64,000 bases of DNA from positions 1,187 through 65,186 of the forward strand of contig CAZECF010000019.1 in the NCBI GenBank assembly GCA_964510335.1, written 5' to 3'. A program made the position numbers and the translations under genes. The stretch comes from an uncultured Bryobacter sp. (GTDB lineage: Bacteria > Acidobacteriota > Terriglobia > Bryobacterales > Bryobacteraceae). This document shows positions 27,545 to 36,330 of this stretch, one piece after another. Position 1 is the first letter of the stretch, and each line of letters starts with the position of its first letter. Below the pieces are notes generated by a model that ran no database searches, had not been told where the DNA came from, and saw nothing but the letters and a program-made list of their open reading frames with translations.

Positions 27545-27760
27545 ATGGCCGTTGAATCTCCTTACAACATAGACGCGTATACAGATCGTGAGAAGAAGTT
27601 TCTGATTGCGCCGGTTATCATACTGGCGATAGCGGCATCTGTTTTTGTTTACGTGTACAACACGATTCCTTCAAGAAGCTATGAACTGCATGAGGCGCCG
27701 CATGCGGAAGCTGGCCACGGGGCTGGCCATGGTTCTGAGCATGGAGAGGCTAAGCACTAA
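27545..27760 (+). CDS. small membrane protein with His-rich C-terminal tail
   Basis: 71 aa. One TM segment (FLIAPVIILAIAASVFVYVY) and tail HEAPHAEAGHGAGHGSEHGEAKH. Coding status not certain. Confidence 0.4.
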   Translation: MAVESPYNIDAYTDREKKFLIAPVIILAIAASVFVYVYNTIPSRSYELHEAPHAEAGHGAGHGSEHGEAKH

Positions 27761-28151
27761 GCCACTGTCGGGCGAGCGCTTCCGGGTCTTCTCCTTCGAG
27801 AGACAAGAGGCGGCGGCTGATTTCCAATTGATCTTTTGAGAAGACCGCTTCGATCCCTTCCGGCGTGGGCTGGAGTTCGAGGCGGTTTTCTTTGGCATCG
27901 AGACGGAGTGTGGAGTTGAGCCAGGTGAAGCGGACCATGGTGCGCTGCTGGTGGCCGATGGTGCGGCAGGCGGTGAGGAGCTTTTCGGTAAAGGGGCCGT
28001 TGCGGAGGGCTTCCGCAAAGGGAGCAGCGGCGAGAGAGGCTTGACGCTCGGCTTCCCGGCGGGCCTGTTCTTCGCGGATGGCAGCAGGATCTTTCTCTTC
28101 ACGGGACTCGAGAGCCTTCAGGTTGTTCTCGAGATTGTCGAGGAAACTCAT
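27750..28151 (-). CDS. hypothetical protein
   Basis: Start moved to ATG 28151 (MSFLDNLENNLKALESREEK). 133 aa with balanced composition. The upstream part of the track ORF is Ser/Pro/Thr-rich. Confidence 0.5.
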   Translation of the reverse strand: MSFLDNLENNLKALESREEKDPAAIREEQARREAERQASLAAAPFAEALRNGPFTEKLLTACRTIGHQQRTMVRFTWLNSTLRLDAKENRLELQPTPEGIEAVFSKDQLEISRRLLSLEGEDPEALARQWLSA

Positions 28152-28173
28152 AAGCTCACGGTACACTGAAATT

Positions 28174-28596
28174 ATGTTCTTCCGCCGGGAAAAGCCGCGT
28201 GAATTGGGATTTGATGATCGCCTGGAGGCGTTGAAGGCCAGTGGGATGGCCGTGGGCAAGAAGGGGAGCGGCAAGGCCGTGGTGATGCGCAAGGGCTGCG
28301 CGGCAGTGCTACAGGAGCGCGGCGCGCTGGTGGAGATTGAGCGCACGGGCGTGGTGGTGGGCCATGAGATTGGCGAGCTCACGCATGGCGGCTATCAGAT
28401 GTTTTTCATGACGCCGTCTGGAGAGAAAGAACCGGCGCTGGCCGAGCAACTGCGGGACTTGCATGAATTCATGGAAGACTTGCGGGAGGGTTTGGGGCAG
28501 GACAGCTTGTACAACACGAGCCTGGGGACCACGAACCAGCGGCATATGTATGACCGCGTAAAGGGCCGCGACCCCCAGCCGAAGCACAGCCACTAA
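28174..28596 (+). CDS. hypothetical protein
   Basis: Start moved to ATG 28174 (MFFRREKPRELGFDD). 140 aa, divergent from the previous gene with a 22-nt gap. Confidence 0.5.
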   Translation: MFFRREKPRELGFDDRLEALKASGMAVGKKGSGKAVVMRKGCAAVLQERGALVEIERTGVVVGHEIGELTHGGYQMFFMTPSGEKEPALAEQLRDLHEFMEDLREGLGQDSLYNTSLGTTNQRHMYDRVKGRDPQPKHSH

Positions 28597-29085
28597 TTAG
28601 CTGACGGTGATGGTGACGCTGTTGAGCGTGTCGCCTTGGGCGATGGCGTTGACGACGTCCTGGCCTTCGAGAACCTGACCGAAGACGGTGTGTTTGCCGT
28701 CGAGCCAATCTGTCTTGATGTGGGTGAGGAAGAACTGGCTGCCGTTGGTGTTGGGGCCGGCGTTGGCCATGGAGAGGCTGCCGATCTGGTGGGGAAGTGC
28801 GCCGGGATTGCGGCATTCATCTTCGAAACGATACCCGGGACCGCCGCGGCCGGTGCCGGTGGGGTCGCCGCCCTGCACCATGAAGTCTTTGATGACGCGA
28901 TGGAAGACGGTGCCGTTATAGAAGCCGTCGTTGGCGAGAAAGACAAAGTTGTTGACGGTGAGGGGAGCTTGCTGGGGGTAGAGTTCGACGACAATCTTGC
29001 CTTTGGTGGTGTCGAAGGTGGCGGTAAAGCGCTGATTGACGTCAATGGTCATCGGCGGCGGGGCCGCGTACTGTTGTTGAGACAT
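28597..29085 (-). CDS. cyclophilin-type peptidyl-prolyl cis-trans isomerase
   Basis: 162 aa. [15 protein letters not shown] and [15 protein letters not shown] signature blocks. Confidence 0.9.
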   Translation of the reverse strand: MSQQQYAAPPPMTIDVNQRFTATFDTTKGKIVVELYPQQAPLTVNNFVFLANDGFYNGTVFHRVIKDFMVQGGDPTGTGRGGPGYRFEDECRNPGALPHQIGSLSMANAGPNTNGSQFFLTHIKTDWLDGKHTVFGQVLEGQDVVNAIAQGDTLNSVTITVS

Positions 29086-29165
29086 ATGTTTTTAGTGTAG
29101 GGGAGTTGGTGGGGGGTGTTCTGCAAATAACGTTGGAGCTATACTTTGCGTGAACGGCTCAAAAG

Positions 29166-29606
29166 ATGATTTCGCAAGTGTTGGCTTTAAGCCTGACTTT
29201 GTTCGGGATGCAGGCGGATGAACCGAAGCACATCCTTCGCGGTGGAGCATCGGGGATCCGTTCTCAGGCAACGCACGCGCCGCTGCCCAAGTACCCGCAG
29301 GAACTGTTGGCGGCTGGGAAAACGGGTATATCCGCCGTGGAGCTTACGATCTCGCCCGAGGGGGAAGTGTTGGCGGTAAAGAATGAAGAATCGGACCATG
29401 AATTCTTCTATCGCGAAGTGAAGGATGCCTTGATGGGGTGGCGCTTCGATTTTTCCGGAATGGCACAAGGCCTGAAGAGGGATGGATTCGAAGACGCCGT
29501 TGTCCGGGTGAATTTTGTTTTCTATTTTCGAAGAGTGAAGGACCGGCTGGTGGTGGTGGACGAGGCCGAAGAGGCTTGGAAAGTGTTTCGAAGCCGGAAA
29601 CGTTGA
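29166..29606 (+). CDS. secreted protein with TonB C-terminal-like domain
   Basis: 146 aa. Signal-like N-terminus. PLPKYPQELLAAGKTGISAVELTISPEGEVLAV...ALMGWRF resembles the TonB_C block. Confidence 0.5.
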   Translation: MISQVLALSLTLFGMQADEPKHILRGGASGIRSQATHAPLPKYPQELLAAGKTGISAVELTISPEGEVLAVKNEESDHEFFYREVKDALMGWRFDFSGMAQGLKRDGFEDAVVRVNFVFYFRRVKDRLVVVDEAEEAWKVFRSRKR

Positions 29607-29621
29607 GGTTGGAGGCCAAGC

Positions 29622-31088
29622 ATGAGAGTTTGGATTTTGCCGCTGTTCGCGTTAGGGCTGGCTGGGCAGGAAGCCGAGCGGCCGATGGTAAGGGGCGTTG
29701 TGGTGGAAGCAGGAAGTGGGGCGGCGGTGGAGGGGGTGGAAATCAGGTGTGGGTCTGCGGCAGCAAAGAGCGGGAGTGATGGCAAGTTTGAATTTGAGCG
29801 ACCCCAGACCGGATGCGCGCAGGCGGTGGCGCGGAAAGCTGGTTATTTGCTGAGGGTGGTACGAATCGGGACAAACACAGGAGCCCTGACGATTGCGATG
29901 CAGCGCGCATCGGTGCTGCGGGGGATGGTGGTGGACGAGGAGAAGCAGCCCGTGGCGAATGCGGATGTGGGGGTATTTACGCTGGGCAAGATGAATGGCA
30001 GGCCGGCTACAGTGAGCTTCCGTTCGACGCGAAGCGATGCCACGGGTAGCTTTGTCTTTGGTGATTTGCGGGCAGGAACTTACTATCTGAGGGTGGCCGC
30101 TGGCCTGGGTAAGATCACGCTGGATCGGGGAAAACCCGAAGGAGTGAGCGCAGTCCGAACTTACTATCCCGGAGCGAGTGACCTGACCGGAGCGTTGCCC
30201 CTGAGCTTGGGAGTGGGAGAAGAGCTTCGGGATGTGCGGGTGGAGTTAGCTACGCAGGAGACTTTCTGCGTGCGGGCGCAACTGGGAGGCAGCGAGGAGG
30301 AAGCAACGCGGATGGTGTTCTTGCGGGAAAAGGGAGTGGGGATGGATTGGACGATAGCCGATGGGACCGTCGCCAGGAAAAGTAAGATCCGCTATTGCGG
30401 GCTGTCCCCCGGGCCGTATTTATTGACGTCCGGGACCAAGCAGGCCATCGAATCGCTGGTGGAGTTCACGGTGGTGGATGAGGATGTGGATCTGGGGGAG
30501 TTGCCTCCAGTAGCGAGTTTGAAGTTGGAAGGGAGCGTGCGATCGAAGGGTGAAGCAGTAGAGGGAGTGAAGTTTGGTTTGCGGCACGTGGACCGGAACT
30601 CACGCGAGCCGGAGCATACGCAGGCAAGCTCAGATGCGGAGGGGAAAATTGAATGGGCGAGTTTGTTGCCAGGCAAATATTGGTTAGAAGCCTGGAACCT
30701 GCCGAAGGGGAGCTACGTGGAGCGAGCGGAAGCACGGGGAAGGGATGTTTGGCGGCATCCGGTAGAGGCTAGCGAGGGTCCGATTGAGGTGACGCTGGGT
30801 TGGGGTACGGGCGATTTGACCGTGGCGGTAGAGGGGAAGGAAACGGCGCTGGTGGTAGTGCAGCGCCTGGATTGCGGGGAGAATGAACCGGATTGTGAAT
30901 TCATTCGGGCAACGAATGAGACGGGGCGGGCAAGATTTTCTGAGTTACGGCCGGGACGGTATCAGGTGGTGGCGATACCGGAGCGGGATGAGCATTTATG
31001 GCATATGAGGAAGTTTCCCTCACGGTGGGAGCGGGTGGAGGTGCCGGTGAGGGGGAGTGCGCAGGTGGCGGTGAAGTTGAGGGATTAA
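29622..31088 (+). CDS. carboxypeptidase-regulatory-like domain repeat protein, secreted
   Basis: 488 aa. Signal peptide MRVWILPLFALGLAG. Repeated Ig-like modules such as VRGVVVEAGSGAAVEGVEIRC..SDGKFEF and LRGMVVDEEKQPVANADV. Confidence 0.7.
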   Translation: MRVWILPLFALGLAGQEAERPMVRGVVVEAGSGAAVEGVEIRCGSAAAKSGSDGKFEFERPQTGCAQAVARKAGYLLRVVRIGTNTGALTIAMQRASVLRGMVVDEEKQPVANADVGVFTLGKMNGRPATVSFRSTRSDATGSFVFGDLRAGTYYLRVAAGLGKITLDRGKPEGVSAVRTYYPGASDLTGALPLSLGVGEELRDVRVELATQETFCVRAQLGGSEEEATRMVFLREKGVGMDWTIADGTVARKSKIRYCGLSPGPYLLTSGTKQAIESLVEFTVVDEDVDLGELPPVASLKLEGSVRSKGEAVEGVKFGLRHVDRNSREPEHTQASSDAEGKIEWASLLPGKYWLEAWNLPKGSYVERAEARGRDVWRHPVEASEGPIEVTLGWGTGDLTVAVEGKETALVVVQRLDCGENEPDCEFIRATNETGRARFSELRPGRYQVVAIPERDEHLWHMRKFPSRWERVEVPVRGSAQVAVKLRD

Positions 31089-31108
31089 ACGAATGAAGCC
31101 CCATATGA

Positions 31109-31135
31109 CCCATACGACAAATACGGTAGTATGGG
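31109..31135 (+). promoter_or_regulatory. inverted repeat overlapping a -10-like box upstream of vapB
   Basis: CCCATAC (31109-31115) and GTATGGG (31129-31135) are reverse complements separated by 13 nt. TAGTAT (31127-31132) lies 6 nt upstream of ATG 31139. Confidence 0.35.
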
Positions 31136-31138
31136 ACC

Positions 31139-31396
31139 ATGAAGACAACGGTGGAAATCTCAGACCCCCTCTTTGAGCAAGTAAAGAAAGTTGCTGCTTC
31201 AAATGGTCTCAGCTTCAGGGTGCTGGTGGAGGAAGGATTGAGGGCCGTTGTGGAGGCAAGGAGCAGATCCACGAAAAAGCCATTTCGCTTGCGGGATGGC
31301 AGTTTTGGCAAAGGTTCGAAATTGAAGCCGGGCGTTGACTGGAGTCAATTGACCGCCCTTGCCTATGAGAATGAAGGCGATTCTCTACGCCGATGA
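31139..31396 (+). CDS. vapB: VapB-type antitoxin
   Basis: 85 aa. N-terminus MKTTVEISDPLFEQVKKVA is typical of small VapB antitoxins. ATGA overlap with the PIN gene. Confidence 0.65.
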   Translation: MKTTVEISDPLFEQVKKVAASNGLSFRVLVEEGLRAVVEARSRSTKKPFRLRDGSFGKGSKLKPGVDWSQLTALAYENEGDSLRR

Positions 31397-31827
31397 TTGC
31401 GGTTGACACGAATATTCTGATCTATGCGCACCGGCAGGATTCTCCTTTCCACGCAGCTGCAAGGGCGGCGATCCAAGGTCTCGCGGAGGGAAGTGCCCCG
31501 TGGGGTATTCCATGGCCCTGCGTTCATGAGTTTCTTGCGGTGAGTACGAATCCCCGCATTTTCGAGATTCCGGCGCCACCGGAGATTGCCGTGCAACAGA
31601 TGGATTTTTGGATGGAATCTCCAACAATTCGTCTTTTGACTGAATCACCGGGCCACTGGCGGGAGCTTCGATCCACATTTCTGGCGGGGAAACTCAAGGG
31701 AGGGCAAGTGCATGATGCCAGGATTCATGCGATCTGCCGGTCTAACGGGGTACGTGAGTTGTGGACTTTCGACCGGGATTTTTCCCGGATGAAGGGGCTG
31801 AGAATTGTCAATCCCTGCCTGGATTAG
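31393..31827 (+). CDS. vapC: PIN-domain toxin VapC
   Basis: 144 aa. PIN acidic residues in IAVDTNILIY and TFDRDF. Confidence 0.85.
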   Translation: MIAVDTNILIYAHRQDSPFHAAARAAIQGLAEGSAPWGIPWPCVHEFLAVSTNPRIFEIPAPPEIAVQQMDFWMESPTIRLLTESPGHWRELRSTFLAGKLKGGQVHDARIHAICRSNGVRELWTFDRDFSRMKGLRIVNPCLD

Positions 31828-31880
31828 GTCAGGGCTTTGTGGATGACCTCTCCTGAATCGTCGGTCCGGCAGTGGAGGAA
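31824..31880 (-). pseudogene. relic of the 3' end of a DUF1501-family gene
   Basis: The minus-strand reading ...CRTDDSGEVIHKALT-TAA matches the C-terminus of the intact DUF1501 protein (RLTDVAGEVIHKALT-TAG at 32687..). The 20-nt identical core is gtcagggctttgtggatgac. Nothing upstream of this fragment resembles the rest of the gene. Confidence 0.5.
31825..31853. repeat. direct repeat copy A (29 nt, 2 mismatches to copy B)
   Basis: ta-g-gtcagggctttgtggatgac-c-tctcc, compared with copy B at 32688-32716. Confidence 0.8.
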
Positions 31881-31902
31881 GCGGGGAAGTCGGGGGATTG
31901 CG

Positions 31903-32579
31903 TTAGCGCTGTCGGCCGAAAGTGAAGCCAACCATGCCGGTGAAGCGGTTGTCGCGGGGGAAGTTGTTTATTTGGCGGCTCCAGCGCAACTCCGGAGTGA
32001 TGGTGATGTACTTTGTGCGGAACTCAAGGCCGGCACCGGCGGCAGGACCATTGCGGAAGCCAGAGTCTTTGATCGTGTCAAGCCGTTGATCGGGAAATGA
32101 AAAGCCGGGAATATCGCAGGACCCTCTTGCACCGAGGCACTGGGCTAGGATATCGCGCGTACGGGATTCATGAGTGAACTGGTACCCCGCACTAATGAAT
32201 GGACTGAAGGCCGAGGAAGTAGGGAAACGGTACTTGAGCAAAAGTGGGAAGTCCCAAGAGTGAGTGCGCTGGAAAATAGAGGTGGAGATATTGGCAGCGC
32301 CGGGGTCGAATCGAATCAGACTGGTTGAAGTGGTTCGGCTGGACCAATAGAGGGCGTCGGCTTCGATGGCAAAGCGAAACGGGAGATGGACTTCAACGGT
32401 GGGACCACCTGTCCATCGGCTCTGATTGTAGGTTGATTAAGGGTTGAATCTGGTGCTGCCCAGAGGGTCGTTCAGGGGGGAGCCTATCTTGAAGCCGTAG
32501 GAGAGGATGGCTGCCTGATTCGACTGAGCCAGGAGCGCAGCGGCGGACAGGATGACAAGAGATATAAAGTCTTATGCAC
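31903..32579 (-). pseudogene. outer-membrane beta-barrel (OMP_b-brl/OmpW-like) gene with nonsense and probable frameshift lesions
   Basis: The same frame as track ORF 31903..32241 continues upstream through an in-frame TAA (plus strand tta at 32437-32439) into beta-strand-like sequence and a signal-peptide h-region (VILSAAALLAQS). The only start (GTG 32579, VHKTLYLL) is in the adjacent frame, implying a 1-nt indel near 32553-32558. Confidence 0.6.
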
Positions 32580-32686
32580 GGATGGAAGCACGCTGGGGGC
32601 CACGCAGAAATTGCTTTAGCCTCAATGAGGACACGTGAGGAGTAAGTATTTTTTCGGAGACAGGTGTGGAAATTTGGAATTTGCCG

Positions 32687-34066
32687 CTAAGTCAGGGCTT
32701 TGTGGATGACTTCTCCCGCCACGTCAGTCAGGCGGAAGTCGCGGCCCTGGTAGCGGTGGGTGAGCTTCTTGTGGTCGATGCCCAGCAGGTGCAGCAGGGT
32801 GGCCTGGATGTCGTGGACGTGGAGAGGGCCGCCGGTTGGAGAGAAGCCGAGTTCGTCCGTACCGCCGATAATGGTGCCGGGCTTGAGGCCGCCGCCGGCC
32901 ATGAAAATCGAATAGGCATCGATGTGGTGGTTGCGGCCGATCTTGCCCTTTTCACGGACTTCGCCCATGGGGGTGCGACCGAATTCCCCGCCCCAGATGA
33001 CCAAGGTGCGATCGAGCAGCCCACGCTGCTTGAGGTCTTTAATTAAGGCGGCGGAGGGCTGGTCTACTTCCCGGGTGACTTGTTCGAGCGGCTTGGTGAG
33101 ATCGTCGTGGTGGTCCCAATCGGTGTGATAGAGCTGCACGAAACGGACGCCGCGCTCGACTAAGCGGCGGGCGAGGAGACAGTTGTTGGCGAAGGCGTTT
33201 TCCGCAACACCCGGCTTGGCGCCATACAGGTCGAGCGTGGCCTGGGATTCCTGGCCGAAGTCGATCAACTCCGGGCCGGAGGTTTGCATGCGGAAGGCCA
33301 TCTCATACTGGGCGATGCGGGTGTCGATTTCCGTGTCGCCCGTGTTGGATTTTTCGAGGGCGTTGAGGTCGCGCAAGAGATCGATGGTTTGTTGTTGCTG
33401 GGAGGCAGTGACGTTTTTGGGCGTGGAGAGATTGAGGATCGGGTCGCCGGTGGAGCGGAAGGGGACGCCCTGGAAGCTGGTGGGGAGGAAGCCGCTGGAC
33501 CAAAGCTGTGCGCCGGAGCGGGGGCCGCGCGGGCCGGATTGCAGGACGACGAAACCGGGCAGGTCTTTGGATTCACTGCCGAGGCCGTAAGTAACCCAGG
33601 AGCCGATGGAAGGGCGGCCAGCGCGGACCGAGCCCGTGTTCATGAAGAGCTTGGCGGGGCCGTGGTTAAAGTTCTCCGTCGAGACGCCGTGGAACATCGT
33701 GATGTCATCGGCGACGGAGGCAATGTGGGGGACAAGGTCAGAGAAGTACATGCCCCCATTGCCAGCCTGGCGGAAGGTGCGGCGGGTGCCGAGCATCTTG
33801 GGGGGATTCTTGGAGAAGGTGTCCATGAAGGCGAAGCGCTTGCCGGCGAGGAGTTCAGCTGGGGCGGCCTTGGCATCGTATTTGATGAGCTCGGGCTTGT
33901 GCTCGAAGAGTTCCAACTGGCTGGGTCCGCCGGCCTGGAAGAGATAGATGACGTGATCGATCTTGGCTTCATGGTGGCGCGTGGCGGCGGCGAGGTAGCT
34001 GGCCGCGAGGCTGACGGAGCTGGCGCGGAAGAACTGGCGGCGGGTTTGGAGCAGGTATGGGTTCAT
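32687..34066 (-). CDS. DUF1501-family sulfatase-fold protein with twin-arginine signal
   Basis: 459 aa. Tat motif QTRRQFFRASSVSLAASYLAAA. Clear paralogy to 50997..52421 (LARRLVERGVRFVQL, DQPSAALIKDLKQRGLL, GEFGRTP). Confidence 0.85.
   Translation of the reverse strand: MNPYLLQTRRQFFRASSVSLAASYLAAATRHHEAKIDHVIYLFQAGGPSQLELFEHKPELIKYDAKAAPAELLAGKRFAFMDTFSKNPPKMLGTRRTFRQAGNGGMYFSDLVPHIASVADDITMFHGVSTENFNHGPAKLFMNTGSVRAGRPSIGSWVTYGLGSESKDLPGFVVLQSGPRGPRSGAQLWSSGFLPTSFQGVPFRSTGDPILNLSTPKNVTASQQQQTIDLLRDLNALEKSNTGDTEIDTRIAQYEMAFRMQTSGPELIDFGQESQATLDLYGAKPGVAENAFANNCLLARRLVERGVRFVQLYHTDWDHHDDLTKPLEQVTREVDQPSAALIKDLKQRGLLDRTLVIWGGEFGRTPMGEVREKGKIGRNHHIDAYSIFMAGGGLKPGTIIGGTDELGFSPTGGPLHVHDIQATLLHLLGIDHKKLTHRYQGRDFRLTDVAGEVIHKALT
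32688..32716. repeat. direct repeat copy B (3' end of the intact DUF1501 gene)
   Basis: ta-a-gtcagggctttgtggatgac-t-tctcc, in the same orientation as copy A, 863 nt away. Confidence 0.8.
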
Positions 34067-36330
34067 GGCCGGGTAAGGAATTCGTCGAGGTTAATCAGGG
34101 CGCGCGCGACGGCGGGCCAGGGGTCGAGTTGGGAGTCGCGCTGGACGCGGATGAAGCGAAGCAGGCGCTGGGATTCTTCGGCACGCGGCGTGCGGCCGAG
34201 AGCGATTTCGTAGCCCGCGTTGAGGCGGCCGTCGTCAGTAGTGGCGGCGACGGTCATGCGTTTGGCGAGGGCTTCGGCGAACTCGGTGGAGGCTTCGTCG
34301 TTGAGCTGCGTAAGGGCTTGCAGGGGAGTATTGGAGCGGACGCGGCGCGTGCAGCTTTCCGAGGAATCGGGAGCGTCAAAGACAATCAGGCTAGGGTGCG
34401 GGGCGGAGCGCTGGAAGAAGGTATACATGCCGCGGCGGTAGCGGTCTTCGCCGGTGGAAGTCTTCCATTCGCGGCGCACTTGGGTGACCTGATAGACGCC
34501 GTCGGGTTGGGGCGGATAGACGCTGGGGCCACCGAGCTTGGGAGCGAAGAGGCCGCTGGCGATGAGGCTCGCATCGCGGATGATCTCGGCATCAAGCCGG
34601 AGGCGATTCTGGCGGGAGAAGAATTTGTTCTCGGGGTCCTCGTCGCGATTGAGCGAAGACTGGCGGTAGGCGGCGGAGCTAACGATGAGGCGGTGGAGAG
34701 CCTTCTGGCTCCAACCGCTTTCGATGAAGGTGCGGGCGAGGTAATCGAGGAGTTCGGGGTGGGTGGGCTTGTCACCCTGGGTGCCGAAGTCGCTTTGCGA
34801 GTTGGCAATGCCACGGCCGAAGTACATCTGCCAGACACGATTGACGGTGACGCGGGGAGTGAGCGGGTTGTTTGGATCCATGAGCCACTGGGCGAGGGCG
34901 AGGCGATCGCCAGCCTTGTTTTGCGGGGGTGGCAGGATGGACGGAGTGCCGGGGGTGACGGGCGCACCTTTGCGCATGAAGTCGCCGCCGAGGTGGATAT
35001 AGGCATCGCGCGGGGTGGGCAGGTCGCGCATGATCATGGTGCGGGGCAGCTTGGGCTTGGCCTTGCGGAGGTCGGCAATTTCCTTGTTGACGGCGATGAG
35101 GATGTCGTCCTTTTCAGGATTCCCGGTGAGGTTGGCGATGCGGACGCGCATGCGTTCTTCGGCGTCGCGGAGCCTGGCTTCCCAGTCGCTGAACTTAGCC
35201 TTTTCTTCCTCGGTACCGAATTCGAGGAAGGGCTTGTTAAAGAATTTGCGTTCGGCTTCTTTGTCCACTTCGTCGGTGTTGTTGAAGTAAGCGAAGAGCT
35301 GGTAATACTCGCGCTGGGTGACGGGGTCGTACTTGTGATCGTGGCAGCGGGCGCAGCCGAGCGTGAGACCGAGGAAAGCAGCGCCGGTGGTGGCGACGCG
35401 GTCGGCAACGGCTTCGACACGATATTGCTCAAAGTCGATGCCACCTTCAAAATTCGAGGTCGTGTTGCGGTGGAAGCCCGTGGCAATCAATTGGTCCGTG
35501 GTGGGGTTGGGGAGCAGGTCGCCGGCCATCTGTTCGATGACGAAGCGGTCGAAAGGCATGTCGGCGTTGGTGGCCTTGAGGACCCAATCGCGGTACATCC
35601 AGATGTCGCGAGGGGCGTCGATGGTGTAGCCGTCGGAGTCGGCATAGCGGGCGACGTCGAGCCAGTGGCGGCCCCAACGTTCGCCGTAATGGGGAGAAGC
35701 GAGGAGACGGTCGACCTGCTTGTTGTAGGCGTCGGGGGAAGCATCCGCGAGAAAGGCGCGGAGTTCGTCAACCGTGGGCGGCAGGCCCGTGAGATCGAGG
35801 CTGAGACGGCGCAGAAGGGTGGCTTTGTTGGCCTCGGGAGCAGGGGTGAGGTTGTTCTTCTCCAACGTGGCGAGGATGAAGTGATCGATGGGGTTGCGAA
35901 CCCACCCGGTGTTCTTGACAGCGGGAAGATCGGGCTTGGTGACGGGAAGGAAGGCCCAGTGGTTGGCACCGGGGCGTTTGGACTTGACGAGATTTTCCGG
36001 CATGGGGAGGCCGGCGGCGGCCCATTTTTCAAGGGTGGCAATTTGGGGGTCAGTGAGCTTTTTGTTGGGCGGCATCTTGAGGGTGCCGACGTGACGGACG
36101 GCGTTCAGGATGATGTCGACCGAGGCACCGCGATTGCCGCCGCGGAGGATGGACTCCTGCGTTTGGAGCGAGAGGCCGCTGGTGGAGTTGGCTTCACTGT
36201 GGCAGCCCCAACAGTTGGCGCGGAGGATGGGCCGGACTTCGGAGTCGAAGAACTGGGCGTCTGGCGTTTGGGCCAGCGCGGCCCCGGCGAGAATCGCAAT
36301 GAGGCTGAAGGGAATCACTGCCAACATCAT
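34063..36330 (-). CDS. PSCyt (haem c) / DUF1549 / DUF1553 protein
   Basis: 755 aa. Signal peptide, N-terminal CWGCH haem-c motif, DUF1549-like block RRLSLDLTGLPPT, long DUF1553-like C-terminal part. 4-nt overlap with the DUF1501 gene. Confidence 0.85.
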   Translation of the reverse strand: MMLAVIPFSLIAILAGAALAQTPDAQFFDSEVRPILRANCWGCHSEANSTSGLSLQTQESILRGGNRGASVDIILNAVRHVGTLKMPPNKKLTDPQIATLEKWAAAGLPMPENLVKSKRPGANHWAFLPVTKPDLPAVKNTGWVRNPIDHFILATLEKNNLTPAPEANKATLLRRLSLDLTGLPPTVDELRAFLADASPDAYNKQVDRLLASPHYGERWGRHWLDVARYADSDGYTIDAPRDIWMYRDWVLKATNADMPFDRFVIEQMAGDLLPNPTTDQLIATGFHRNTTSNFEGGIDFEQYRVEAVADRVATTGAAFLGLTLGCARCHDHKYDPVTQREYYQLFAYFNNTDEVDKEAERKFFNKPFLEFGTEEEKAKFSDWEARLRDAEERMRVRIANLTGNPEKDDILIAVNKEIADLRKAKPKLPRTMIMRDLPTPRDAYIHLGGDFMRKGAPVTPGTPSILPPPQNKAGDRLALAQWLMDPNNPLTPRVTVNRVWQMYFGRGIANSQSDFGTQGDKPTHPELLDYLARTFIESGWSQKALHRLIVSSAAYRQSSLNRDEDPENKFFSRQNRLRLDAEIIRDASLIASGLFAPKLGGPSVYPPQPDGVYQVTQVRREWKTSTGEDRYRRGMYTFFQRSAPHPSLIVFDAPDSSESCTRRVRSNTPLQALTQLNDEASTEFAEALAKRMTVAATTDDGRLNAGYEIALGRTPRAEESQRLLRFIRVQRDSQLDPWPAVARALINLDEFLTRP

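Noticed and set aside
31837-32100. 87-aa plus-strand ORF
   Set aside because: It lies antisense to the OMP pseudogene and spans the DUF1501 relic. It has an Ala/Gly/Glu-rich shadow composition.
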